Shown: in pieces, positions 11,942 through 24,206 of the stretch | How the letters are laid out: each line of letters opens with the position of its first letter | Position numbering within the stretch: the stretch's first letter is position 1 | Translations under genes and position numbers: made by a program | Source: Epithemia pelagica | Taxonomy: Eukaryota; Protista; Bacillariophyta | Assembly: GCA_946965045.2 (NCBI GenBank) | Contig: OX337232.1 | Location: 124,001-188,000, forward strand | Direction: 5' to 3' | Length of the DNA stretch: 64,000 nucleotides | The notes under the pieces: model-generated | Databases searched by the model: none | Seen by the model: the letters and a program-made list of their open reading frames with translations, nothing else | What the model was told of the DNA's origin: nothing

Positions 11942-14900
11942 ATGACGACGTTGCAAGCCTTGGCCTTTAATGTGGCGGCCGGATCAGCCTTGGGTTTGGC
12001 CTCCCTCTTTGGCTTTGGCGTGGCCGTGGTGAATCAACACGAATACATTGCGCCCCGATGTGCGGCCCGACCACCGACCGTCATTTACAATACCTCGTAC
12101 GGATCGCCCTTGTTGGGGTGGATTCCCTGGACGTTGCGACAATCGTACGAAACGCTCTTGCAAGGCATTCCCGGGACCGGAACCCGACAGGGCGGACATA
12201 CGGGCAGTTTGTTGCGGTGCAATCTCGATGCCATTGTCTTGTTGCGATTTCATGCCGTCGGTCTCAAAGTGTCGGCCGTGGCCACCTTGCTCTGTCTGGG
12301 ACTCTTGTTTCCTCTCTATTGGACCAGTGAATGTCACGATGTCCAGAGTGGCGGCAGTGACGCCAATACAGAAAATCCCGACTCGACCACGACGAATTGG
12401 CGGTACGATGCCTGTGCCTTTGAAACCAACAATTTGACGGGCTACGAACAAACCACCATTGCCAATGTCCCCTCGTACTTGCCCGAGGAAGCCGAAGAAT
12501 TGTTGGATACCGACGGCTCTAATTTTTATCATCAAGATCAAACCTTGATTCGCTTGTATGCCGCCGTTTTTACCTTGTGGATTTTGACGGCCTATTTGCT
12601 CAATTTGCTCAAACGGGAATGGATTGAACTGCTGGCACTCCGACGCGTGTATTATTTGGAAGCCAATGTCTGGGGCGAACGCAAACAGCAATTGCAAGAA
12701 ACCTTGCGACAGCGACCCGTGACTCCACAATTCTATTCGGGTCGTACGCCTCCTCCTCCCGATTCTCTTCCCGAATGCGATTCGTTACTGCGAGACAACG
12801 AGGAGGACGAGCATTCCAAGCGATTCAAGAAATCGAAAAAGGGACAAGTGACGATTGTCCAACCGGAAAATGACTTGACGCAAGAAAATACCGATGAAAT
12901 TTATTCGCAACACACGGGAGGAGAGCGCGGCTTGTTTCGTCGACGACGACGTCACCCCAATCGTCGTCGTCGTCGCCGCCGATTGCTCGGACACCAACCC
13001 TTTGATGACGACAATATGTATGATGTCGAGGAACGACACTTGATGGATCGTGATCCGTGGATTCCCCATCCCGAACAACGCGATACCGTCAGCAATATTC
13101 AATTGTATTCCGTCTTGGTCGGTGGCTTGCCCTCCTTGCCCGATTTTCGCAATGCGTCGGCCACGACCACCAACAACAACCACAATGGCAGTCCGGCCGA
13201 ATCCAACTTGACTCCCGACCATACCACCAACAAAAATAGCAATTACATGATGGATTGGCAATTGGCCTTGACGTCGGCCTTCTTCGATCATTGTGTACCG
13301 AATCAACCGGGATTTTCCAGCAGTGTCGCCGCCGTCACTCTCTTGCCCTCGTCCAAGGCCATTGCCACGGCGTGGAGCAAATGGTACAAGGCCGCCTCCA
13401 AATTGCGACGTCTCAAATTTATTCGAGCGCAAATTGCCAAGAAATTTCATTACGATGAACAAGGACAGGAAGAAGATGAGTTTGACCTCGAAGACGACAA
13501 TGAAGATGACGAAGAAGAAGCCTTGGACGATGAGTATTCCTCACCGTCGCGTGTGGATGGATCGGAACACGAAGCTTCGCGTCATAGTACCACGTCGAGT
13601 AGCCGCGTGGGTCGTCGGTTGCGCAATCGTCTCGGAATGGCAGGTGGTGGTGGTGCACGATCCAATCCGCACGATGCTCGTTCCCTTGGAATTGCGGATG
13701 GTGGTTCCTTGGCGGGAACGGACGACAATAGTACCCTGGGAGCCTTTTTGCCCGCCGTCGATCTACCGCCGTCTATACACAATCATCATCAGCAGCATCA
13801 CACTGCTACTACCAACAAGAATAACAATAAGAACCCCGATGATGACGAAGAATCGGCGTTGCGCGATCCTTCTCTTGTGTCGTACGCGTATTATCACAAT
13901 GACCCCGAGGAATTGGGTCCACTCGAAGTGGCGGCCGCCACTAATACCGAACAACAGCAACAACAAGAGGAAGAACTGCTGCAAGCCTTGTTGGAACATC
14001 CCTTTGGACCGGAACAAACGGCCATTTATAGCCGTGAAGTGGCACAGTCGGCAGCGGCCTGTTGTCCCAATGGATGTTGGGAGGGTGCCGTCTTGCATGC
14101 AACCATTGATGAATTGCTCGTCTTGGAACGAGAAGCGGCTGAAAATGTTCACAAGGCCAATCTGGAATTGTACCGCGCGCGTCAAGAAGCCGTCTGGCAT
14201 TCCGCCCAACCACCTCCGCCACCACCGACTACAAATACTACGAGTCATTCGCCACCGCACATGTCATCGTCCTCACCAGGTCCTATTCTTACAACCACCA
14301 CAAATTCCCAAACGGTAGTGCCTGCTCCGACAAGGGCGGCAGCCGATGACAGTTCGGCCGATGCGGCACCATCTCGCCCTTTCGGTGCCACAGGAGTTCC
14401 CACAACGATTCAAACGGATTCCATGGAAATGACGACCCCTGCGGAACCGACTGAAAATACCAACAATCTGGATAGTACTTTGGATACCGTTCTTGGGGGA
14501 CAAGAGCAAGCCGCTGGTCCCAAGGAAACAATCTCCATCAAGGGATTGGCGACCATGCCGCCGTTGAATTCGAGCAGCAATGTCCCTCCATCATCCAGGG
14601 TTGGTCATCCGTTGCAACGTGTTGCGGAAGAAAGCTCCTTTGCCACACTCGATGTGGAATCGATTCAGCAATCTCAAACACACGAGTCTACCAAGTCTCT
14701 TCAATCATCCAGCAAACAATTGACGACATCCAAGAAGGCCACAACAACAACAACGACGACGAATAATAGCACAACGACAACCCTGCCACCTCTGCTTCCC
14801 GAAGACTTTGCGACGGCGGCCTGGGAATTTTTCAAACCACCCAATTTGGAATTCAGTTCCATGTTTACGTCCATGTACGAGTCGGCGACCTCCCTCAACA

Positions 14901-17688
14901 GTAACTCCCAGCAACAACAGCAACCAGTAGAGCCTCCCGCCATGGTGGAACGCGCCCGATCGGCTCCCACGGCTGCCATGACTCGAGACCGACTGCCCAG
15001 TGACCTGGCCTTGGAAGGAGACTTGTTGTTTCCGAGCCATTCCAATGTCCCTCCACCGCCGTCCCCCTTTTCGGGTCATCATCGTTCCGGATCTATGCCC
15101 ACACGACACCCTCAATCCATGTGGGGAGTGCCACCGCCACCACCACCCGAATCGTCGTCCTCGTTTGCCTTGGAAGAAACAGAAGCCCCACAAATGCCCC
15201 CTTTGCAAACGACCTCTTCGATGGACACCCCCAAAACAAAAACGCATTCAGGAACCAGTCCCATGACGCTTCCAGCTAAAAAGGTGGATCCAGACCTGGG
15301 TCCGATTCAACGTTCGGGCAGTAGCAGCACAGCTGATTCCGCTTCGCTCGATGACCAAGACAACAGTAAAGACAAGGAGTACCCCAACAATGAGATTGCT
15401 GCCCCTGGGAACTATGTATCGTGGGGATACCAACACGGCACAACAACAGTAGAAGCCCCTCCTCCCGCACGTACTACTTCTGAAAAGACCAAATGGGAAA
15501 AGGTGCAATCGATTGTAGCGTCGACTCGTGCTGCCATGTACTCGAGTCGAAGACGACGATTGCGAAGTAGTTCCAAACGTACCGATGCCCCATCTCATCA
15601 TACTCCTATCAGTGGTGTGTGGCATGGTCGTCCATCGATTTCCGATTTGATGCAAGCGGCATACAGTCGCGCCAAAGCTCTCAGTCGCTTTTTGACAAAG
15701 CAAACAACCGAAGCCATGGATTTGTCTCGAGAATCTTCGTATGCTGTTGTGACGTTCACAAGCCGACAAGCCGCATTGGCGGCCCGTAAATGCCTCGCCG
15801 ATGCCCGTGGAGGCACAGAACGTTGGAAAACGGATCGGGAATTGCCCATTCCTCCCTTGGCGGATGCTGCTGCCTGGGACTTGTGTGTGTGTCGAAACTG
15901 TTGTCGTCCTGTGGCCATCTCCATTGACACACGTCAAAAGACTTGGCGTCATTACTTTTCCTTGCTGCTCCTTGCAGCCTTTTATGCCCTTGCTACGTTT
16001 CCACTCACCATTGTGGCTTCCTTAATGGACCCACAAACACTCGAACGAGCATTTCCCAACTTCTTTGAATGGGCCGACGTAAGTACCAGTTTTGTGTCAT
16101 TAGACTTACCTGATAATGGGCCGATCTAACTTCTACTCCACTGCCGTTCTTTCTACCATACAGCGCAATCAAGAAGGTACTGCCGAACTCACCAGTGGCT
16201 TTTTGCAATCCCTCATGTGGACCATCTTTTTTGCCCTCTGTCCCGTCTTTTTCAAAATGGTGGCCAATTTTGGTTCCAAGGCCAACAGTGTCGCCAATGC
16301 CGAATTGCGTGCCTTGCAATATTTTTGGTGGTTTATGGTCGTGTCGGCCTTTTCGTCGACCTTGATTGCCAATATGGTCTTGTTTGGATTCAATGAAGGA
16401 AGTTTGGGTGGTGAACTCCGTAGTATCTTGCGGTCCATTGCCCGTGCCATTCCTTCCACGACGGCAGCGATGTGGTTAAATTGGTTGATTTTCCGAACGA
16501 CAGTGACCATGCCAGCCCTCTATTTGTTACAAGTCAATTCCTTTCTCTTTGACTTTTTTGGCTTTCGCTGTTGCTCCCGGCTCAGTCGAGGCGGAGGTGA
16601 GTGTGGTACATTCCACGGCTCTCTAATGTTCGAGCATCTGGACATTTCTCACCCAAATTACTACTTGCGTTGTCGTCTCTCTACTCTCAGGTCCCGGTCC
16701 TCCGCCCCCGTATCGCTTGTATGTGGATTCGGGTGTCGTGCTCATGTGCTTGTTGGCATTGGCCACGGCTTCCCCATTGGTGGCACCGGCTGCCTTTTGC
16801 TACTTTATGCTATGCCAACCATTGTTGCGGCGTTGTTGTATCTTTGTCTATCGACCCAAATTTGATGGAGGCGGGTTGCGGTGGCCCTTTATCTTTGACA
16901 TGATTGTCTCGTCCCTCTTTGTGGGTCAAATTCTCTTGACCATTCAAATGGTGCTGAAACAGGCCGTGGGCCCGGCCGTGGCGTCCGCGGCTCCCCTCCT
17001 ACCGACCCTGTTGGCCGTGTTGAACATGAAGAAAAAGTTTCTTCCCGCCTATCGGGACGTGGCGCTCCTGCAAACATCCTTGCTCGATGGATGGGATTCC
17101 ACGTCCCAGGAATCCTCCAGTATGGAGAAACGAGAAGAGTTTCGCCGATTCTTGGTCGATGCCCACAAGGCGGCCTACATTCCCGTTTGTTTGGCGAGTA
17201 CCAATACCCGAGATCAACCCGACATGTCCATGACCGCTGAACCCGCTGTGGTGGTTCCCAAGGAAACGGACATTGTTCGTGAATTGCTTCACGAAGACGA
17301 CTACGACGATCACCCCAAGAACAATCCCAATGGCGGCAGTACGATTGGAGATCGTCAATCGCAATCGGAACTGGGAACGGCCAGTGCCTCGGCAGCAGCG
17401 TGGCATGTGATGGAACGACGGAATCAACAATATGGGGCCACCCTCCGACGTGCCGGAAATACCTTGTCGGCTTTGAGACAACGGGCATCCTCCAAGGCGA
17501 GCCATAGCAGTAACAGTTTGCCGCGAGGTTCCATTGCGACTGCCGAGGGTGGCAATCACCGGCAGCACCATGGAATGGATTCGTCGCAACCAGCACTACC
17601 AAGAGGAGGAGGAACTCAAGAAGGCACCAGCCACTGGAACGACACGGATGTTTCCTCCTTTCGTCATGAAAGCAAACAGGACAAGTAA
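11942..17688 (+). CDS. OSCA/TMEM63 (CSC1/ERD4-like) mechanosensitive/osmosensitive channel, 3 exons, 1855 aa
   Basis: Exons 11942-16078, 16164-16596, 16691-17688. Introns GTAAGT..CAG and GTGAGT..CAG join the three ORFs in frame (5568 nt). Motifs: LDAIVLLRFH, YSVLVGGLP, YAVVTFTSRQAA, ALQYFWWFMVV, GPGPPPPYRLY, PLVAPAAFCYF, VYRPKFDGGGLRWP. Confidence 0.88.
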
Positions 17689-18438
17689 TCATCATCATGA
17701 TACAAATTCTAGAAACACACACTTCACAAACACATTGCCGCCATTCTTTTGCTGTTGGCTTCCTCCACAAGGCAAGTCCAACACATCCATGTGAGAGCTG
17801 TCCTGTCGCCGCGTGCGTATACAATAGATAGTTTGGTGGTACACAAGAAGGTCTAAAGGATCTGCCGAGACGACGAATCCAGGAGTGGATGGTATCTCTA
17901 CTACACTCCCTACTCTAGGAATAGTATACAAGATCATCCCTCTCTTGTCTCCGACTCCCAAAGAATATAGATTATACAAGACCATTCTTTGGTTGAGATG
18001 AGGGCAAGAACTACCAAACAACACGGTAACAGGCTAGTGTGTGTTTTGGTGTGTGTGTGTCTCTCCCGACCAAAGTTTCGTACCCTGGTGCATCTGTGGC
18101 GGCAAATGTAGAGATGACAGAGGAGAGATTCTAGAATAGGATGCGGCAAACGGTCTCTGGGACCACAACAGCAACAACAACCAAGGTTGCGGCACGTTCC
18201 AATCAAGACGGTAAATATACTACATCGACGAGACACTAGTAGAGTGCGATATCGTGACTCGGACGGAGAAACACAACCACCACGAGATGACGAGATTGTG
18301 GTTTCGCGACACCCAGTGTTTTTCCACGTGGATTGCTATAGCGTTTCATTATTCCTACACAAACAGTTCCATTGCATTGCATTACATGCCATGACCATGT
18401 TGTTGAACGTGTTCTTGTTGTTGTTGAATCTCTCTCTG

Positions 18439-19119
18439 TTAAAATCCCAACCACTCATCAAAGGCTTGTGGTTCCAATCCAGTTCGTGGAATGATGCGTT
18501 CCTGCGCAATCGTCTTGACTTGATCCATGGTTAATAACTTCATGGAAATGAGTTGCATCCCGTAGGTATACAAGTGAAAAAATTCTTTCTTGACTTCCGG
18601 CACGTTCAAATTTTGGGGAATGTCAAATTGGGTCGGCGTCATGACGCCCGTTTCCGGATCCTTGTCGTATTGCAAGCCACATTCAATCATGAGTTCGTAC
18701 ATGCATTGGGACAAGTGTTGGACGTCTTGCGAATTGGATTCGACGGCTTCTTCCAAGGCGAGTAATTCCGGTGGTTCGGCGACGTCGGCTGCCAAACTGC
18801 CTCGCACTTGACGGACAAAATCATCGCCTTGTTGCAAAATCCGTTCGGCAAAGGTCCGATTGACGGTCGTCGGAAAGGCGGACGCAAAATCCGATTCCAT
18901 ACTATTGGCCAAAAAGCGTGGCGTTACTGTTCGAGAAAGAACGGCCGTCCGAATGGGACTTTGGACCCTGGTTCTGGTGGTTAAGTCCTCCTCTAAGCCA
19001 ACAGTCCTTGTTGTCGTTGTCGTCGTGAGAGGAATGGGTGCAAAGGCGTGACTGGTCGAATGGGCCAACACCAGAACAACAAGAGTCGTCGTCGTCCAAA
19101 GAAGTAACGTAGAAAACAT
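18439..19119 (-). CDS. Plastid-targeted conserved hypothetical protein
   Basis: Signal peptide ending SHA-FAP (diatom ASAFAP-type motif), Thr/Arg-rich transit peptide, then a globular-looking C-terminal domain. Confidence 0.75.
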   Translation of the reverse strand: MFSTLLLWTTTTLVVLVLAHSTSHAFAPIPLTTTTTTRTVGLEEDLTTRTRVQSPIRTAVLSRTVTPRFLANSMESDFASAFPTTVNRTFAERILQQGDDFVRQVRGSLAADVAEPPELLALEEAVESNSQDVQHLSQCMYELMIECGLQYDKDPETGVMTPTQFDIPQNLNVPEVKKEFFHLYTYGMQLISMKLLTMDQVKTIAQERIIPRTGLEPQAFDEWLGF

Positions 19120-19595
19120 TGTGTTCTTGCTAGCTTGTGTGGTAGTTTTGCTTTCTGGTCCCGTGGAGTTGTGCTTGTTTCGATTCTTTTAGAGTCTTTG
19201 GGATCTATTATAGTAGTATCTTTGCCTCGTCGTCGTCGTCGTTGTTTGCTTTGGTGGATGGAATGGACGCAGTACTATTTTATTGTGATGGAATCTACGT
19301 ACTTCAAGACATTCTTTCCGCTATCGATAAGCGACCCGATCACAGTTGTCTCCGTCCGTCCGTCGATCGAACACAGAGCGATCGAGATATACCTCTAGGT
19401 ACTTGTAGGTAGTTTCGCGCTATTGGTCGACCATGGCGTGCTTCTCTTTTCCATGAACAACTCCTTTACTACTCGTCGTGGACCGCCCTTCCACAAATCC
19501 CAGACCTCTACTAGCTGCTAGACGAGCTCTTGTGCGTATTCTACCAAAACCCAATGGGTTTCTCCATATCTTGGGTGCTAGTAATAGTACTACTA

Positions 19596-20228
19596 CTATT
19601 CATCGGGTTTGCTAGAGATGGGGCCATCATCAAGCCGATTTGTTTTCAGGAAGGGAAGAATGGCCGTCATGACAATGACCACTTGGTTGCAGCGATACTG
19701 TTGTTTCTTCAAGGCCTTCCAGCCATGGTCATGCCAGTGCTTCCATTCGAGATAGGTGCGGGGGACACCCTTGGTGTCATTGTCATTGCTTGGATTCCCA
19801 GCAACGAGACAGGTGAATTTCCACACTGCCAATTCCAACAACGAGATGCGTTCCAAACGCTTGTAGTGGAGTAATAAGCGATTGGCCTCTTGGATGATGG
19901 TTGGATCTTCTTTCATGACGGCACGTCCAATCATCTCATAGATTTTACCCTGCCACGGGCCATACGGAGACACTCGCTGCTCCACTTTGCGGGGTAACAA
20001 GCGTGCATCGTCCCGTACTTGTAGAATTTGGGTAGCGCGATTCAAAACCTCCTCCACAGCGAACTTGTGCTGATACGAATCGGAATGATCCTCGGTTTTT
20101 CCCAACTCTGTTTTGCATAACAAGCAAATGTCGTACTTTTCACTGTAGCGACGACAAGATGAAGGATACTTCGATCGAATGTCAATCCAGGTCAATAAGG
20201 CTTCCTCGGACCCAACGACTCTCGGCAT
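19596..20228 (-). CDS. Zn-finger-like + LLELAVWK family protein, copy 1
   Basis: CLLC-x9-H-x5-H; SPYGPWQGKIYEMIGRA; ERISLLELAVWKF; GWKALKKQQYRCNQVV...ILPFL. Confidence 0.75.
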   Translation of the reverse strand: MPRVVGSEEALLTWIDIRSKYPSSCRRYSEKYDICLLCKTELGKTEDHSDSYQHKFAVEEVLNRATQILQVRDDARLLPRKVEQRVSPYGPWQGKIYEMIGRAVMKEDPTIIQEANRLLLHYKRLERISLLELAVWKFTCLVAGNPSNDNDTKGVPRTYLEWKHWHDHGWKALKKQQYRCNQVVIVMTAILPFLKTNRLDDGPISSKPDE

Positions 20229-20920
20229 TTTTGTTCTTCTTGGATATTTTTGGGTGACACTTGACTGAGAATCCTATCCGCCACATGCGATTCATAAGCG
20301 ACTTCATTCCGTCCATCCGTCGATCGAATCACTCGCCTCTTAGCTACCGATCGTACTATGTAGTCTCGCTGTATGTGATGCTGGTCGATCATGATGAAGC
20401 TGGAGTGCTTCTCTTCCATGAACTGTCGGGAACTATCTAGTCATCATTTACTTGCATACATCCCCTTGCACAGTTCCCAGACTTGTAGGTCTTGTGCGGT
20501 TGCTCGCCATGCAGAAGAATCGGAGAGACCATAGCATTCCCCCACCACCTGGTGCAGCCTACCGACTAGGAGTAGGTGGTTAGGATAAAGGAACAGTCGT
20601 GGGCGTGGTGGTGGAATCTACCAGACGCAACTGCATGTGTTACCGGAACAAAAAGCTCTCGTGTTGGCATCCCAAAAGTTGTCGGTGGATGGATTGCCAT
20701 ACTATCGAGGGAGAGAGTCCTCACTCTCATCTCATCCTTCTAGAATGGTTTCCAATCGTCGTTCTACGGATTATTAAAAAAAAACCAAGCCTTGTCCTTT
20801 CCCCCAAATCTTGGATGCTGGTATTACTCGGGTGTAGGGATAGGGCCATGTCCGGATCGCCAAAACCTGTGGCCAATTCCATTGTCTATCAAGACTATTC
20901 GTGCCCTTCCAACTACCTGT

Positions 20921-21514
20921 CTAGTTTGTACGGAGGAATGGAAGAATGGCCGTCATCAAAATGACCACTTGGTTGCAGCGATAATGTTGTTTCTTCAAGG
21001 CCTTCCAGCCATGGTCATGCCAGTGCTTCCATTCGAGATAGGTTTGGGGCGCCTTGGTGTCGTTGTCGTCATTGTCATCCTTACTTGGATTCACAGTGAC
21101 GATACAGGTGAATTTCCAAACTGCCAATTCCAACAGCGAAATGCGTTCCAACTCCTGGTATTGGAGTAATAAGCGATTGGCCTCTTGGATGACCCTATCT
21201 TCTTCTGTCATGAGGGCACGTCCAATCAACTCATAGATCTTACCCCGCCATGGGCCATACGGAGACAATCGTTCCACTTGTGCTGGAAGATAACGAACGT
21301 TGTCCCGCACTCTTAGAATTTTCGTAACGCGATCCGAAACCTCCTGGACAACGAGCTTGTGCTGGTACGAATCGGAATGATTTTCGTTTTTGCCCAACTT
21401 TGCTTTGCATAGTAAGCAAACGTCGTGCTCCTTGTCTACGGAAAGACGATAATATCTCAGTTCTTCAATGTTGACCAAGGTCCTTAAAGCCTCCTCGGAT
21501 CCAATGTTCGCCAT
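20921..21514 (-). CDS. Zn-finger-like + LLELAVWK family protein, copy 2
   Basis: Close paralog of copy 1 with the same motifs. Confidence 0.75.
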   Translation of the reverse strand: MANIGSEEALRTLVNIEELRYYRLSVDKEHDVCLLCKAKLGKNENHSDSYQHKLVVQEVSDRVTKILRVRDNVRYLPAQVERLSPYGPWRGKIYELIGRALMTEEDRVIQEANRLLLQYQELERISLLELAVWKFTCIVTVNPSKDDNDDNDTKAPQTYLEWKHWHDHGWKALKKQHYRCNQVVILMTAILPFLRTN

Positions 21515-21638
21515 TTTGTTCTGAAGCCCTTTTCAGGCTTCCCCGAAAACACCAACCAGGTGTCACCTCAAAGTCTGGATTTTCGGAAGACTCTTCCATG
21601 TCCGCACTTGGTGTGGACCACAGGGAATCGTTCGTATG

Positions 21639-22466
21639 CTATTCCTCACTCTCTGATTCTTGTGTACTACCCGAATCTTGGGTACTAGTGTCCGATGCAG
21701 CGTGGTTCTCCGATGGATCCTCGTTCTCCGACGGGTCGCTCTCCGACGGGTCGTTCTCCGAGTGGTCCTCATCATAGTTCTCATCGTCCTCCGATTGGTC
21801 CTCGATCTCCGACTCTTCGCTGTTGCTCTCCGGGTAGCGCATGCGATCAAATTCCGACGTGTATCGGAATCCAAGTTCGCGAACCTCCCTTTCGTCGTCG
21901 CGGAGGAGAAAGGGGACAATGGCCTTCATCAAAATAACCACTTGGTTGCACCGATAGTGACTTTTCTTGTGTTGTTTCCACCCGCTGGTATACCACCGAC
22001 TCCACTCGAGAAAGGATTGTTTCGTGCGGTCCTGCTTCTGATCCATGCTCAAACAGGCAAATTTCCACACGGCCAACTCCAACAAGGAGATGCGTTCCAA
22101 GTGTTTGTACTGGCGCAACAGATCCTCCGCGTCTTGGATCAATGTTTGATCCTCTTGCAGAAAGGCCCGTCCAATCACTTCGTAAATCTTGCCCCGCCAA
22201 GGACCATGCTGAGACACGTGCTCGTCCATTTGTTCGGGAATAAAGCGAGCATGGTCGCGTATTCGGAGGATTCGCTGAGAGCGATGTTCCAGTTCCTTAA
22301 CCATGCGCTGGTGCTCACGCGTCTCTTCATGATTTTCGTCATGGCCGGCAGACATTGTGCAGGTACAAAGGTTGTGAATCTTGACAAAGCAATCTCGATG
22401 CGAACGAAATGGCTTGCCTCGAATGTGAACCATGTGCAACCAAGGATAATGAACTAACTCAGGCAT
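21639..22466 (-). CDS. LLELAVWK family protein, copy 3, with acidic repeat tail
   Basis: Family motifs present; finger variant CTC-x9-H-x5-H; C-terminal SENDP/SESDP/SENEDP repeats. Confidence 0.72.
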   Translation of the reverse strand: MPELVHYPWLHMVHIRGKPFRSHRDCFVKIHNLCTCTMSAGHDENHEETREHQRMVKELEHRSQRILRIRDHARFIPEQMDEHVSQHGPWRGKIYEVIGRAFLQEDQTLIQDAEDLLRQYKHLERISLLELAVWKFACLSMDQKQDRTKQSFLEWSRWYTSGWKQHKKSHYRCNQVVILMKAIVPFLLRDDEREVRELGFRYTSEFDRMRYPESNSEESEIEDQSEDDENYDEDHSENDPSESDPSENEDPSENHAASDTSTQDSGSTQESESEE

Positions 22467-22559
22467 TTTGTTGTTTGGATTTGTCGCTACAACGTTTGTC
22501 TACCATCGTTGGTGTGTTGGTGTTGTCTTTGGCCTCACGCTTTACTATGTTTGCTATGT

Positions 22560-23050
22560 GTTGTTTGTCTTCCAGTTTGCACCAATGGCGAAAGGTTTGG
22601 CCTCTTGCATGTCATTGGTTTGGAACGTCAATCCATGCCCATAACGACTATTTGGTCCAGGCCTTGACGAAACCAGACCCTCTAATAGCAAGCAAATTCT
22701 CCGCAAGAAGAGGAGCGCACTCCCATCTGCAACGAGTCGGATTGGAACAACAAGATGATCCACACACACCAACCAATGGTAGGAGAGAACACACAATCTC
22801 TAGAGACAACACACGAAATGAGAGAATGTTTGCGATTAGTACTCCTACAAAACAAACGTCTTCCAGATCTACCGTGGCTCTCCAATCGATAGGTAGCCTT
22901 CCAGTGCGAATCAAGACGCGTACAAGGAGAGAGTTTATAGATCTTGGGCTGAAAAGGACCATGGGAAAACAGGCTTTGTTCCATCCTTGAGATGATGCTT
23001 CCTGCATTACACCCGCGAATCAATATTGCTGATACTCGAACTGACATCCT
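22560..23050 (-). pseudogene. Decayed second-domain and further LLELAVWK remnants
   Basis: SRMEQSLFSHGPFQPKIY matches the second domain of 26071..27336 and then breaks. Further nucleotide remnants resembling the LLELAVWK and RC motifs lie at 22560-22760. Confidence 0.55.
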
Positions 23051-23891
23051 CATTACAGTAGCTATCCTTGTTTCTCACTTCCACCATCACCAACGGTTGG
23101 AGTAAGTCACTCCGAATCTCTTCACCAAAAAGAAATGGGACAATGACATTCATCAGAATGACAACTTGGTTGCACCGAAATTGTTGTTTCTTGTAGGCCT
23201 TCCAGCCATTTGCGTCCCATTGCTTCCATTCGAGATAGGTGCGGGGACCCTCGGCGTCGTCATCGTGTGGATTGACAGTGACACAGGTGAATTTCCAAAC
23301 AGCCAATTCCAACAATGAGATGCATTCCAATTGCTGGTATTTGAGTAATAAACGGTTGGCATCTTTGACTAACGTTCGATCCTCTTCCATAAAGGCTCGT
23401 CCAATCAGCTCGTAGATTTTACCCTGCCAAGGGGCGTAGGGAGATAAGCTTTGTTTTACCAATGACGGCAGAAGTCGAGCTTCGTCGTGAATTTGAATAA
23501 TGGTCGTGGCTCGATCCGATACTTCCTGTGCTCGAGCCTCGTGCTGACGTGAACTTGAATGAGATTCCTCTGACTTAAACTCAATGTTGCAAAGTCTGCA
23601 ATATTGAATGTTGTCGTTGGAATTTAAGGTTACGTAAAGATCCAATGATGGAGGTTCGATTGCACTAATGCTTACGAACTTTGACAATTCGTCCTCGGTT
23701 CTAGGTTTCATCATGGTGGCAACTCTGTCACAAGGTATATTTGCTGGAAACCAAAACACGGACGGGTATCTCATTAAAGTCTGACATTTTCCCACGATTG
23801 GTAGGAGTCTTCCACGACGGTAGTCGTCAGGCCCTGTCAAGTTTTTCGCGAGAAACCCCGAGTTCCAACAAGGAGTCCCTGCGGGGCTCAT
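23007..23891 (-). CDS. Zn-finger-like + LLELAVWK family protein, copy 4
   Basis: YCRLCNIEFKSEESHSSSRQH finger and family motifs. The real start may be the downstream MMKPRTEDEL. Confidence 0.72.
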   Translation of the reverse strand: MSPAGTPCWNSGFLAKNLTGPDDYRRGRLLPIVGKCQTLMRYPSVFWFPANIPCDRVATMMKPRTEDELSKFVSISAIEPPSLDLYVTLNSNDNIQYCRLCNIEFKSEESHSSSRQHEARAQEVSDRATTIIQIHDEARLLPSLVKQSLSPYAPWQGKIYELIGRAFMEEDRTLVKDANRLLLKYQQLECISLLELAVWKFTCVTVNPHDDDAEGPRTYLEWKQWDANGWKAYKKQQFRCNQVVILMNVIVPFLFGEEIRSDLLQPLVMVEVRNKDSYCNEDVSSSISNIDSRV

Positions 23892-24206
23892 TCAAGCCTT
23901 TCGAGTTTGAGCGTGCTCCGATCGAACCCTCGATCCTGTTGCAGAATGGTCAGACCTTCACACTCGCATCGATTACCCCGCTACGGAGCACTGAGGGAAG
24001 GACAATCGAGGAGCACCATTGCGAACTTGAACAAGTTTGAGGCGATTCGACTTTTGTTGCCAGTGCCATCCAAAGAAATACCAGTGCTCTCCAAAGAAAT
24101 ACAAGTGCTCATCTTCTTATCGATTGATCGTATTCTTGACGATCCGCAATGGCGTTCTTGGTAAAACTTAGCATTGATGGTGTCATTGTGTGGACTAGTT
24201 TGTTTG

